Under the pieces are notes generated by a model. It made no database searches. It was not told the DNA's origin and saw only the letters and a program-made list of their open reading frames with translations. From Geosiphon pyriformis uo1 (taxonomy: Eukaryota > Fungi > Glomeromycota), in assembly GCA_016748015.1 (NCBI GenBank), contig JAAOMT010000067.1, positions 208,070 through 272,069 on the forward strand: a DNA stretch of 64,000 nucleotides, written 5' to 3'. Below are positions 39,894-53,433 of the stretch, one piece after another (the first letter of the stretch is position 1; the number at the start of each line of letters is the position of its first letter). Position numbers and translations under genes: made by a program.

Positions 39894-40808
39894 CTGTGTA
39901 ATAAAGTGAAATTGTTTGACTATATGCTTATCTGTATTTAAAATATTAATATTTGGAATAAAATTTTGGCTGAAGCTTTTACACAATAGATTGCTTTGAC
40001 AGATATTCATAATCTGTTTTTTTTGTCATTTTGCATACACTCTTTAGATATTGGCTTGTATGTATTGGTTTGTAAGAGATTTGTGATAAGAGATTAGTAT
40101 TTGAAAGCTGTTAAAATTTTTAATAGAAGAAAGAAAACTGTTTTTACTATTATAGAATATGTGAGGCATTTGGTAGATTTGTACTGTACTAAGAGATAAC
40201 TAATAAAATTCAGTTACAGAATAAATATAGAGAAGACTAAATTGGTTGCAAATAGTGATTTAATATTGAAATTGTTTTGTAGTATAATGTCTATGCTTTT
40301 AATAGGGTAGTTTAATTGTTTAGTATTATTGAGTCTTTTGCAATTAGTTTTAGTAGATATAAATAGTGTTTTTTTTTTGGCTTAGGTAGTAATATATATA
40401 TTAATATAAATATATAGTATTGTCTTGTTTAACCTAAATGACTAGTTACAGATAGTAAAAGCATGAATTATATTTAATTTGAGCCACTTAATTTGGTTCT
40501 ATATACTAGACAGTAGTTGGACTTTACTTATTAAATTGCTAATTAAAAAAAAAACAATATTATTGAAAAAATTATTTATTAAATAAATTAAAATAATAAA
40601 TAATAAAATAATTTTTAAAAATATTTGTTGTTTATAAAAAACTTAATTAATTTAATGTATTTTGCTAATTTTTTTTATTTTATTAATGCATTTAACAAAT
40701 GAAGTCCAACCACTATCTAATACATAGAACCAAATTAAGTGGCTCAAACTAAACATGATTCACGTACTTTCTACATATGACTAACCACTTAGGCCAGACA
40801 AAACAACA

Positions 40809-43800
40809 CTACACATCTATATTAACATAGGAACTACCATTCAGACCAAAAAAAAAAGACAAGACCTGTGATAACCAAAGCTAACAGCAAAAGATTCTAA
40901 CACACCAAGAAATCTGATAACACAGATTTCACACAACATGAAAAACTTGACAACACACCACTATCACCAACCAAACCAGCCTTCTCTATATGCATCCTAA
41001 ACTCAAATTTTATCAACTATGCTTTAGAATGATGCAGTTTAACCAGCCACCTAACCAAATCAATAACAAAGCTAACAGCTCTTTTTTTCTCGTCAAAGAC
41101 CCCAACAGCCTCTTTACACCAATCTTTTAGCACAAAACCCTTGCATATTACTGAATACAAGCCAACATTTAATTGACAAAGATCAAGCACACAAGAAACA
41201 GCAAAAGAAGATGAGCAATAAACACCAACCAAGGAAGTCCAGAATACAAAAGTCTCGAACAAAATCTCCCTTCAAATGTCAACATCCTAAGCACAAGTAA
41301 AGACATAATCTGGCAATTCCACCTTATTGCACAACAAACAAAGCACACCAGAATATTCTTTATTATAAAACCTTTTATGGACAGCAACAGGCAGTCTATG
41401 ATGTACAGCTTTTATCACATACATGTGCAAAGTGGCTGACTTTTAACTAGTAAACTCTGCAAGCATGTGTGAATTAGGGTGCCACACCCTTGAGATGACA
41501 ACCCAATCCACATCACTGACTAACACCTTAAAAATCACATTGCAACCAAGACCCACTTCCCAAAAAGCCTAACAAACAGACCTGAACAAATTCTGAATGA
41601 AGTGATAAGTATTGCCAGATACAGCCATGCCCTCAGTCATCAAAAAATGTTCCTGCACACCCACAGGTAAAGAAACAAGAGAGTCTGCTGCTTCACTGGC
41701 CAGAGTATCAGCCTTCACATTACTGGCAACCCCAAAATGATCTTTGATCTTAATCTAATACACAGTAAAATCTTTATTCTAGACCAAATTGAAAATATGT
41801 CTCCTTTTTACTCAACAATAATTACAAAAGTCAGAAGAGGCAAGTAACATCTCAGAGACACATGCATTAATAGCAGCTTAACTGTCAAGATATAAATTCA
41901 CATTACAAGAGAATGGAACACACTCCAAAGCCAAGACAACTATTTGTAATTCAGCCATAGTAGAAGAAAAAAGGCCCTAAACTTCTATGCCAACACTCAT
42001 GTCCAAAACTGAAAAATATGCAGCTGTCCCATTTACAACATTAGCCAAACCAGCATTCTTCAATGAACCATCTGTATAGATTTCAAAAATACCAGACCAA
42101 ACTTCATGCAAGCCATTCTGAATATCCAAAAACTTTTTGGAATTCAAAATGCTCAAACCAGACAAAAAAGAAAAAAAAACCACAAAAACAGATTCCAAGA
42201 AACTCTTATCATTTAAAAATTTAGAAGTGAGCACAAACTAATAGGGCACAGGACCCCTAGAATCTAATCTTTTCCAGTGGCAGAAAGTTTTCTAGTCTAT
42301 TACTCTCTCTTTTTTATTATACAGTTGGTCACCAAAGACAATTCCAAAACACTTTAAGGAACAAACAAAATTAAAGAACAAAAACTTTCTCAAGACCAAG
42401 GACATTGAAAAGACACCAGGATTATGGAAGGCACTGAATAATATGTTTGTCAGAGACAGTTTATTGTCCAAAAAAATTCTAATTACACCAGCCAAGAAAT
42501 TGTTCACCAGGCTAACACACAATCTAACAAAAAACTGTAAAGGATCTAAAGGAGCCCAACCCAAAACCTGTAAATCCAAAAACCAGTGATGAAACAAATG
42601 ACCAAAAATTCCATGAGCATTAGAAAATGAAATCACAGCAGCCAATTTACCTTCAGCCTGGACTTGCTCAAATAACTTCAAATCATACAAAGATGGGTAA
42701 TGTAAAGTCTCACTAGGGAAATCATGTGACAAACACACTTTAGACTTGAGATTCTTCCTAATCATAGCATCTCATCCATGACAAACATTCGATAAAACAT
42801 AACTAAATTGAGTCCAGTAGCCAACTATAGACTGCAAAACAGCCAAAACCAAGTACAAGAACTGTTTATTCACAACAGCCTTCTTGAGCAAAACATTAAT
42901 AAAGATACAAACATCAGAATGAGCTTTGGCAATACTAGACTTAGACAACCCCTCTATAAACAAGAAGATTTCCAAGTAATAATGTGCTTTGCCTTCTTTG
43001 GCTATTGAAATTGGCTGTCCACAAATATTCAAAGAAGCTACTCTAACACCTTGATTAATGAGGATAGCTACTGTTTTTTCACTGTTGATAGAGATATCAT
43101 TAATCACAAAAAATTTACTAACAATGTCCAAAGCATACTGAATAGAGACCTGACAATTTTCAACCCAAATAGTATCATCAACAAATGCACCAGCTGCTAA
43201 ACAGAACATCATTCCACCACCACTCTCAATTCTACTTGTCTTTAAAACAAATTTAGTATCAATCCTGTACCCACACAATTGTTTATGTCTTTTAATTTCA
43301 CACAAAAGTGGATTGTAAAAAATCCTCCACAAAAGGAGTGAGAAGACCTTACCTTGATCCAACCTATCATGTACTCTGTAGTTATCTAACAGACCAAAAT
43401 TAGTCATTACCCTGTTAATTCTATCTACATGTATATTTCCAAAGAACTCAATAAACCTGCTATACATTTTGATATGTTACAAGCTAGTTTTTAGGTAGTG
43501 CTACTCAACAGAATTATATGCTTTTTACATATTCTACAGAACCAACCAGATTTTTCTATTCTCTTCAAGAGCATTCTTAACCACTGACCTAATGACAAAC
43601 ACCAGAGACTGTGTGGATATACCTTTTAGCACTGAAAAGTTGTTACTCTGGAGAACATTGAACTTACTACATGCCAATAAAATATGATCAAACAAAACCT
43701 TAGACAGAATCTTTCTAGTAGTCTCAATTAATGCTATTGGTCGAGTGTTTGTAAAAATGCCATCCCAATCATATGGTTTAGGAATCATCAAAACTCATGC

Positions 43801-45502
43801 TCTCTTCCACAAAGTAGGCACTCCACCAACAGTCAAACACACATTCAACAGCACCAATAAACACTTAAGTACTTCTTTACCACCATGTTTCCATAACTCA
43901 TTGGGAATGCCCAACAGACTGGCTGTCTTGTCATTAAACAGACTACCAATGACCAGGACCAATTCACTCATGCTGATTGAACACATTACACCAGAGAAGA
44001 CATTGTTTCTGACATAGTCTAGTGGTGCATACTGGCGAGCCCACAGATTAGGCAACACTGAAAGCACTACACATTTCCTTATTCAACCTTCTATAATCCT
44101 ATTTACATCTGACTTTACTTTTTCTGGTTTCAAAACCAACTTATCATCTACCACCAAGTGGTTCAACACCACCTTGTGAAATGAACAATCCAAAACACTT
44201 CTAATTATGCCACTTTTGTCTAGACAAAACTTCTTTATGCATTTCTTGATCACATTCTTAATAGATGCCTTCTTAGCCAATTTTGACTCATATATTTTGG
44301 ATTTCTTATATTTTCTTTTAACAAGAGATAAATGTTTAAGAATGTTCATTTGTTTTTCACCAGTCTGAACCATGCTAGTAACAATGAGAGCCTTATCAGA
44401 ATCTAATGTTAACCACTTTTTTACAAGATTATTGAAACCAAAAATGTTAGCTGAACTCAACTTTTTGACAATTTTTGCAACCACTAATTCAAGCCCCAGA
44501 AATTTAGAGGACTGTTTATTTCTCAAACACTGAAATTCACTGAACCAATGCTTAGAAAAAATCTCATCTGCAGATTCCACCATTACTCTTTCCAGTAACA
44601 ACCATATTGAATCCAAATTATTATTAGCAACAGCAACAAAAAACCTATCCTTTATCTCCAAAAGTCTGGCAAAGGAATAATCCCTATAACATAACCACTT
44701 GGCATTATCTGTATCCTTGATTTTAAACTTCCAACAATCTTTATTAGTCTGTTTCTACAAGCTATTTAACTAAACGTCTTAACTGAATGTCTAAAAGCCC
44801 ACCCAAACCAATAGACATCACAACAGCATTATAATTAGTATTAAAGAAATTCAAAACAGAAATGACCTTGTAACCAGCCACTGCAGATAACAAACTCTCA
44901 CTTACAAAAATATAATTAATAACTTTTATAACACCCCTTGAGTTGCCCCAAGTAGAAGCTTTGACCAGTGAATGTCTACTAAAAACATTGACCAAGCCCA
45001 AATCTGAGCAGAACTTAAAATTTATATTTTTCCTAAACCCATTTTTATTGAAATCTCTACCTAGCACCACAAATATGGAGGAGTTAACAGCCTTAGCAAT
45101 AAAAAAGTTGATCACAGAGGACTGACTAAATCTGGCCTCAGCAAAAGCCCCAGCATACAAATTTAAGATTACCACTAACAGCTTGTCTTTGAAAAGGAGC
45201 CAAATAGAGATGAAATGACCAGGAACTTTCTTAATTTTAGCAACATAACACATGAGAAAATTGTCCAAAATGATTGCTACCCCAACACCAAGAAATCCTT
45301 TGTCCAAACCAGAAGAGAATATTTTCACCTCATCAAATCTGTTCATGATCTATGGCCTTGTACTAGGCCTCAATTTTGTTTCCGTAACAATAGAAACTAT
45401 ATTTTTAGACTCTATGTGCCAATGAACAATGTCTTCCTGCTTGGCAGAGACATTAATACTTCAAACATTACACATAGCAAACCTCTACACTAGCTCTATC
45501 AT
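40809..45502 (-). pseudogene. LINE4 ORF2: APE-RT-RNase H-CCHC
   Basis: ATG at 45502; LGRDFN, INYIF, NTRPIALIET, AFVDDT, IYTDGS. Confidence 0.9.
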
Positions 45503-46569
45503 TGAAAGAAAAAAGCAGCAGAAACCAAATTGGCATTGTCTATTTTGGCCAAAAAGCTCATAACCATAATTACAAGATTTTTTAAAGTGTTTTCTATTTT
45601 CCCAATAATAGAAGAATCAAAAACTATTGCCCCTGCAACAGTCTCACCACTAGTGGCCACACCTGAACCCTCATTTATCACTATATCCACCTCTTAATTC
45701 TGTAATGAAGGGGTTATCAACAGCTGACATCCAGGACTAAGCTGGGAAACTATTGGCTCAGATGTTTCTAACTTCTTAGCCAGCATATCAACATGCTCTG
45801 CAAGATTGGTGAGACTACACTCAAGAATGGCAAACCTATTATTAATTTCTGTCACAACCAGTAGAGATGGCTTTATCTCCGAAGAGGAGCCAATATTTAC
45901 TAAAACAATTCAGCCAAAAAGAGAGGAAAAGAAAGACCATTAGCAACTTTTGCCCAAAAAAGACCACCAAAAAAAACAGGACAAACAACCAGAATAGAAC
46001 ATTTGGCATATATTGCAGCCAGCCTGTTTTTATCTGCATCTGAAAGCACTCTACACAATGAGCTACCAAAAGAAACCTTTCCACTCTCAGCACAGCTTAA
46101 AGACATATGACCTAACTTCTTATACTTGGTGCATCTGGCAGAAACAAGACTAGACCAATGTAAATTAGCACTTCTAAGCATTGGTGTGGTTCCCATGGTG
46201 GCATTCAATGACTCAGCAGAATCAAAACAAACAACAACACATCTGATCCAAACATATGTAATTAGATGGTAATTGATAATACAAGTTTTTCCACTCACAA
46301 ATCTAACAAAGTCTCAGATATCATAAGCATTAGTCTCTATTGGCAGTATATAGAGCAGCATCCTATAATGATCCTTTGCATTTCATGTTTTTTTGTCTAA
46401 ATCAGCCTTGACAATACACATGGTATCCTTCCCAATTAGGATAAACCACTCAGCAGTAACCAAATCAACATGATCTGATTGCTCAAATTTCACTACTGCT
46501 TTCTGCTACAGTCCCACCAATTGCATCTTGATTGACTTAATTATTCCAAACTCAAATAATACAGTGCAT
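45499..46569 (-). pseudogene. LINE4 ORF1, C-terminal part
   Basis: Closely similar to LINE2 ORF1 (CFDSAESL, CTKYKKLGHMSLSC, DKNRLAAIYAK). Confidence 0.85.
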
Positions 46570-47446
46570 TGTTACAGGTTACAATTTCGGGTGTTGAATT
46601 AAATACAAATCCATAACTTGTGCTCAAAACTATTCTCATTGTCAATAATCTGAAAGTTTGGTATCTGAAGGTTTTGTATCTGAAGGGTTTGGTTGAGTTT
46701 TTTGTATAATGAACAGAAATTCAATGATGATAGTTTTTTCTGTAGCTTCCTGAAACCGCAGTTTTGTCAATTTCTTTCTCAGCTTGATGGCCAATATTCC
46801 TCCTGGTAAGCTATTCTCAATCGAATGTTCTACCCTTATTTTTGGGTCTTTTACCAATCACGTTTATCCTGATGTCAGTGCCCCACACATTAATTCTCAA
46901 TAGAGTTAGTAAACAACAATAAAATTAAAACAAGAAAATAAAGAAAATAAAATAAAATAAAGAAAGAAAAGAAATAAGCCAAGGCAATTTGCAAGTTAGT
47001 ATTCTGTCAATAGCCATAATCAAGAGCTATTGTTCCAGTGTGGTTAAGTATCAATTACTATCAACATGAAGTGTTGATAGTGAAAATGGGTTTGAAATAA
47101 CAAATAGTTATTTATTAGATGATTGTAATTTGGAGAGTTGCTTAAATTAAATCTAAAACTAAGAGGTCTGTTTTTTTAGCTTCTAATTCTGCTGCTATAT
47201 ATACATAATTGAAATTCCTCAATTCTTCGATTCTTCATGACAGGAATCTTGGAATTCCTGGAATCCTGCAATTCTTTTGAAAAGAATCCTGGAATTCTGG
47301 AATTCTACGATTCCTCATCAGGGAATCCTGAAATTCCTGGAATCTTGCAATTCCTGAGAAGAATCCTGGAATTCCATATTTACTATGCCTACTTCTGATT
47401 GGCTAATAATCATGCTAATATATTTTCTATATTTCTATGAGTAATA
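46570..47446 (-). repeat. 3' LTR of element A
   Basis: TGTTAC...GTAATA; GGAAT(T/C)C repeats; adjacent PPT. Confidence 0.9.
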
Positions 47447-47459
47447 TTATTCCCTCTTT

Positions 47460-48089
47460 TTAATATTGAGCTCTATCGAAATCCCACTTGTTTAATTCCC
47501 CCTCTTAAAGTATTTTCTGGATTTTGTTTTTGAGAATTACTTGTGTTATTTGGGTCTGTAATTCTTTAAATTAAGCATTGGTAATCTTTCCCAATTGATT
47601 ACTGGTAACCATATTCATTGCTTTGTTGAGTAATATTTCTGGTCTATCCTGAAATGCTGTGTGTATTTGGTATATAGCTTAGGCCTGTGTGGATAAGTTG
47701 TTCTTTCCCACAAAATGTTCTAATTGTTGTAGTATTTTTTTGTTGAATAATTGCTTTGTTTTATCCGTATATAGATTCTGGATATTTACATATTGTCCCA
47801 AGTAAAAATAACAATAGTTTTGTGGAAATTGTTGTATCCACCAATTCCAAGTTTCTTTAGTCAACTCTTGATATAGTGACTCTTTTGTCGACTCTCTTAT
47901 TGCTAATTTTACTTTTGCCATGATTTTGTCCACAGTATTTTCAGTTTTCTTCCATGTTCTGAGTTGAAATGTCTTTCTAGTATCTTGATATCGAATGGTT
48001 TGTTGATTGATTGTAATCTCCATTTCCTGGTGTTGGATTAATTGAAAGAGTTGTTGTGCTAGTGAGTGAATGTTGTCTGTAATTTCCAT
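47460..48089 (-). pseudogene. Element A extra ORF (209 codons, internal stops)
   Basis: 630 nt from ATG to TAA, same length as in element B. Confidence 0.8.
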
Positions 48090-48143
48090 TTTTCTGATAT
48101 TTCCTGTTGCGTCTATTATGTCTTTATATATTCTTTTGATGGA

Positions 48144-49526
48144 TCAATTTGATGTGTTGTTGTTAATAATAATAATTGGTTCCAAATCTCGTGGAATCTG
48201 ATCTGGTTGGACTAGTATTTTCTGTATTCCTAATTGTGGAATATTACTGGTGGATGATGATATGGTGTTGTGATATGGTTTCAGTTAATCTCCATGTGCT
48301 GCTTTGGTTAAGATTTTGTTGTCCAGTCTTAATTTGTAAGCTCCATTTCCTAGAATTTCTTCTATGTGAAATGGTCTGTCCCATTTGGGGTCAAATTTTT
48401 CATTCCATTGTTTTTCTACTTTGGTACAATGTAAGAGTACTTTGTCTCCAATCTTGAATTCAACTGGTTTGTTTGGTAGTTGATTATTATGTCTTTTTTT
48501 CTGTTTCTCTTGTGATTTTTGTATGTTATCAGCTGCTTTTTTTCATTTGTTTTCCAATGTTTCCATTAAGTTATATGTTCTTCTTAACAATGTTTCTTGG
48601 AAATTCTCTTCTGTTATTGGTTCAGTTGGATATGTGTTGACTTCTATCTCTACTGGTAATGTTGCTGTTCTACTATATATTAATTCAAATAGTGTTGCTT
48701 GTGTAGTGTCTTGTTTCATTGTTCAATAAGCAAATAATACTGATGGTATCAACACGTTCCAATCATTCTGGTTTTCTTGGTTGAGCTTAGCTATTGCTTC
48801 ACACAATGTTCTGTTGAATCTTTCAACTAATCTGTTGGTTTGTGGATGGTATGGTGATAATAGTGGTCTCTTAATTCCGAATCTTTGGCTCAATTCTGTT
48901 AATGTTCTGTTCACAAAATGAGTTCCTTGGTTTGATAATAATTCCTTTGGACATCCATGTCAACAAATTAAATCTTGATAAATGAATTCGGCAACAAATT
49001 TTGCATCCACTCTTTGAATTGCTTTCGCCTCTGGCTATTTAGTAAGATAGTCTATGGCTACTGCTATGTATTTGTTTTCTCCTCTGGTGATTGTTAATGG
49101 TCCAACTAGATCAATTCCAATATGGTCAAATGGTTGTCCCACTTTAATTGGTCTTAATAGTTCACTGGGTTTCATTCCTTCTCTTTGCTGACAAGCATCA
49201 CAATTTTAAACATATTAGATGATATCTGAATACATTGATGGCCAATAGTATTTTTTTCTGGTTCTTTCTATGGTTGCTTCTTTGTGAAAGTGTTCTGCTG
49301 TTGGATTTGAGTGCATGTTAAATAATATTGTCTCTTTTTCTGGCTCTGTAATTACTCTGGTTGGTTGCTTTAGCTCTCTTCTATTTTTCTGATAAAGTAT
49401 ATTTTGGTAAGTGATAAAATATTTTGATTGTTGTTTGATACTCTTTTGTTCTGTTTGAGATAAATTCTCCTTGAACTGTTGAGCATTTATATAATATTAC
49501 AGTTGTTAATATTTTTGTATGTTCAT
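48144..49526 (-). pseudogene. Element A integrase
   Basis: 1383 nt from ATG to TGA; PYHPQTNRLVERFN. Confidence 0.9.
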
Positions 49527-49587
49527 TTTTTGTTATATTTTTCATTGGTATTGTTCTGGTTTTGTTATATTTTGAGTTGAAATGTTC

Positions 49588-51953
49588 TTAGATTTGTCTC
49601 ATTTGCAATAAATTGTCAGCATTTCAGTTGTCTTTTCCCTTTTTATAATGTATAGTATAATTATATGGTGTGAGTGCCATTTTCTATCTTGACTGTCTTC
49701 CATCTCCAAATTCTTATTTTTGAAGTGATGTTAATCCTTTGTGATCTGTATATACTTCAAACTTCTGGCTCAAGTATTCTTTCCATTTCATGACTGTCCA
49801 GTATATCGCTAAGTGTTCTTGTTCAGATGTTCCATAGTTCTTTTCAGCTGGTGTTAAACTTCTGTTGGCATATGCTACTGGATGTTCTCTGCTGTCTGGT
49901 CTTCTCTAAGATAGTACTGCTCCCAATGCTTGGCCGGATGTATCAGTGGTGATGATGAATAGTTTGCTGTGATCTGGATAGATCAGTATTGGAGCTTGAA
50001 TGAGCTTTCTTTTCAGAATATCAAAAGCTTCTTGTTGACTTTCTGTTCATTTATATTTTGTATTCTTGGTTTGCAGTTGGTTGAGTGGCTGCACTATCTT
50101 GGAAAAGTTCTTGATAAAACATCGATAGTAGCTGGTGAATCCCAAGAATGATTTCAGTTCTGTCATATTTGTCAGCACTGGAAAGTTCTTTACTATCTCT
50201 ATTTTCTCTGGATCTATTTTGATGCCATCTTTGCTGACTATGTGTCCCAAGAATTTTAGTTCTGTTTTGCTGAAAAAACACTTTGTTGCATTTAACTTTA
50301 GTCCTGCTCTTCTTAGTCTTTCGAACACTTGTTGAAGATGATAAAGATGATTATCAAATGTTTTTGAGAATACATTGGTGTTGTCCAAGTATACAACTAC
50401 TGATTTCCACAATAAGCCCATATAAACAATTTCTATTAGTCTTTGGAAAGTGGCTGGTGCATTGGTTAAGCCAAATGACATTACTTCAAATTCAAAATTT
50501 CTTTTTCTGGTAGTGAATGCCATTTTTTTTTTGTTGGCTGGATCCATGACTACTTGCCAGTAACCACTATCCAGATCTAATATTGAAAACCATTTGTTTC
50601 CACTAAAAGCATCAAATAATTTTTGGATCTGTGGAGTAGGATAGCTATCTCCACAAGTTAATCCATTGAGTTTTCTATAATCTACACAAAAGTGGATCTT
50701 TCCATTCTTTTTACAAACAAGTACCACTGGTGATGACTATGGGCTCATTAATGGCTGAATTAGCCCATTATCAAGCATTCAGTTTATCTTTTGCCAGATA
50801 ATCTTGTGGCTAGCTGGTGGTACTCTGTATGTTCTTTGTTTAATTGGCATTGCATCTTCAGTCTTGATCTAATGCTGAATGATATCCGTTTGGCCAAACT
50901 TATTTTTGCTGGTAAAGATGTCATTGAAATTGTTGAGCAACATTTTAAGTTGCATACTTTGGAGTGGATCCAAGTTTCCCATATTCATTTGTTCCAATTG
51001 TTCTGGTTGGAGCAAATAACATTCTCTTCATCCGTATATCATTTGTGATGTTATATCAACATATCCACAAAGCTGTAGAAAGTCTGGAATAGGGTTTGGT
51101 AGTTGGTCTTCTATTTCTGTGGTTAAATATCTGATGGTGGTTCTTTCTAATATGTTGATGACATTGCCAGTGTTGTTGTAGATGGGAATTTTTATGCAGC
51201 TATAGCTTTTGGCTGGTATGTGGAGATTGCTCAGTCCAATCTCTCCTGATTTATAAAGATTTGCTTCAGCTTCAAAAATTTGTTCTTGCTCCTTTTCCTT
51301 CCTTTCTATTGCTAGTATGTACTGGCTATATGGTGGAATGGAAATAGCTTGACCAGTTGAGATAATTTCTCCTTGGCCAACAATTTCTTCCTCCACCATA
51401 TTAACTGGTATATTTATTCTACCCATTGATCCAAATCTCTGTATTCTTCTTGCTGTTATCTCTAATTCCTCTCTCTTTCTCACTGATACTAACTGAGCTA
51501 CTCTAACCAGAGGCAGAAATATTGCCTGTGCTATCTTTTCATTGGGCTCTATTATATAGGCTTTTTCTGAGTCATTCTGTAATATAATGATGATATTTCC
51601 TACATATCCTGCATCAATTATTCTTCCTCTTATATTAATCCCTCTTTTTGCTAAACTACTCTTAGATGCTAATTGAACCATTGTTGTTGCTGGAATTTTC
51701 AGCACTATTTTCAGATCAATGCAGATGTGTGAATGTGGTTCCAATTTGATGGCATCTTTTTCTGGATATCTTAGATCAAACCTGATATCAGTATCATGTG
51801 CACATTCTGGCATGATACTCTCATCATTATTACTGAACCATTTCAGTTTCTGTTCCTTAGTGAGGTCAGGAAGCATGATATATTGTTTTTAGTTTAAATC
51901 GGAGTTGAAATCTGAGTTGGAATTGTTGTCATTGTTAATGCCATTTTGAATGG
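49588..51953 (-). pseudogene. Element A polyprotein, 3' part: dUTPase, RT, RNase H
   Basis: RFDL, SKSSLA, IIDAGYVGN, KIAQ, RFGS; CVDYRKLN, LDLDSGYWQ, FGLTNAPATFQR. Confidence 0.9.
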
Positions 51954-52736
51954 TGTTATAGGTAATTATTTCTGCTGTTGAATTAAATAACAAACCTGTA
52001 ACTTGGTGCTCAAAAGCTACTTTCATTGAGGCTGTTCTGAAGATGCTGTATCTGAAGATTTTGGTTGAGTCTTTTGTATAATAGACAGAGATTCAATAGT
52101 GTTGATAGTAGATATATTTTCCAAGAGTTTTCCCAATTTCTTTCTCAGCGTAGTGGCTGGATTTAGTCTGGCAGTCGTGCCCTTCTGGTAAGCTATTCAA
52201 TAATATATAAAATCCTACCCTTATTTCTGGGTCTTTTATCAGGCTATCCTTGACATCAATAACTCAGTGCTTAATCTTTAATCAATTAGTATACAACAAC
52301 AAATCAAAAATAAAATAAAGAAAGAGAAATAAAAGAAAAGAAAAAAAGAAAAAAAATAAGCCAAGGCAATTTGCAGATTAGTATTCCGTTAATAGCCATG
52401 ATCAAGAGCTATTGTTCCAGCATGGTCAAGTATCAATTATTATTAACATGAAGGGTTGATAGTGGGGAAGTGGATGGAAATATAAAATAATTATTTATAA
52501 TTGCGTTTCTAGGCTAAGGATTCTGTGGTATTGATTCTTTTTTTTCTGTTTCTAATACTACTGCTATATATACATAATTGAGATTCCTCAATTCCTTGAT
52601 TTTTCACGACAGGAATCCTGAAATTCTTGGAATCCTGCAATTCCTAAGAGGAATCCTGGAATTCCATATTTACTATGCTTACTTCTGATTGGCTAATAAT
52701 TATGCTAATACATTTCTTATATTTCTATGAGTAACA
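51954..52736 (-). repeat. 3' LTR of element B
   Basis: Direct repeat of 61146-62010 with fewer U3 repeat units; PPT at 52737-52751. Confidence 0.95.
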
Positions 52737-52749
52737 TTATTCTCTCCTT

Positions 52750-53379
52750 TTAATATTGAGCTCCATCGAAATCTAACTCATGTAATTCCCCCTCTTGAAG
52801 TATTTCTTGGATTTCATTTTCGAAAATTACTTGTGTTATTTGGGTCTATAATTCTTTAAATTGAGCATTGGTAATTTTTTCCAATTGATTACTGGTAACC
52901 AGATCCATTGCTCTGTTGAGCAATATTTCTGGTTTATTTTAAAAGGCTGTGTGTATTTGGTATATGGCTCGGGCTTGTGTGGATAAGTTGTTCTTTCCCA
53001 CAAAATGTTCTAATTGTTGTAGTATTCTTTGGTCGAATAATTGCTTTGTTTCATCTGTATATAGATTCTGGATATTTACGTGTTGTTCCAAGTAAAAATA
53101 ACAATAGTTTCGTGGAAATTGTTGTATCCACCAATTCCAAGTTTCTTTAGTCAACTCTTGATATAGTGACTCTTTTGTTGATTTTTTTATTGCTAATTTT
53201 ACTTTTGCCATGATTTTGTCCACAGTATTTTCAGTTTTCTTTCATGTTCTGAGTTGAAATGTCTTTCTAGTATCTTGATATCGAATGGTTTGTTGATTGA
53301 TTGTAATCTCCATTTCCTGGTGTTGGATTAATTGAAAGAGTTGTTGTGCTAGTGAGTGAATGTTGTCTGTAATTTCCAT
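52750..53379 (-). pseudogene. Element B extra ORF (209 codons, internal stops)
   Basis: Homologous to 47460-48089 and 27559-28194. Confidence 0.8.
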
Positions 53380-53433
53380 TTTTCTGATATTTCCTGTTGC
53401 GTCTATTATGTCTTTATATATTCTTTTGATGGA

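Larger units (their letters stand above)
32951..40417 (+). pseudogene. LINE3 ORF2, interrupted at 33211-34151, 37705-38566 and 38893-39893
   Basis: LGLYAGAS, NKAAG, KAYDSI, FVDN, VYTND, AELQTV, CLLC; the frame resumes across each insertion. Confidence 0.85.
31030..40555 (+). mobile_element. LINE3: decayed full-length LINE carrying three LTR insertions
   Basis: ORF1 and ORF2 remnants colinear with LINE2; tail at 40415-40535; 5' end approximate. Confidence 0.88.
40670..46569 (-). mobile_element. LINE4, interrupted in ORF1 by gypsy element A; remainder lies beyond the window
   Basis: Tail 40691-40811, ORF2 and 3' part of ORF1; abrupt switch to TGTTAC at 46570. Confidence 0.9.

Noticed and set aside
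47213-47375. U3 repeats as heat-shock elements
   Set aside because: Spacing mostly GAATTC or TTCnnnGAA, not three alternating nGAAn units
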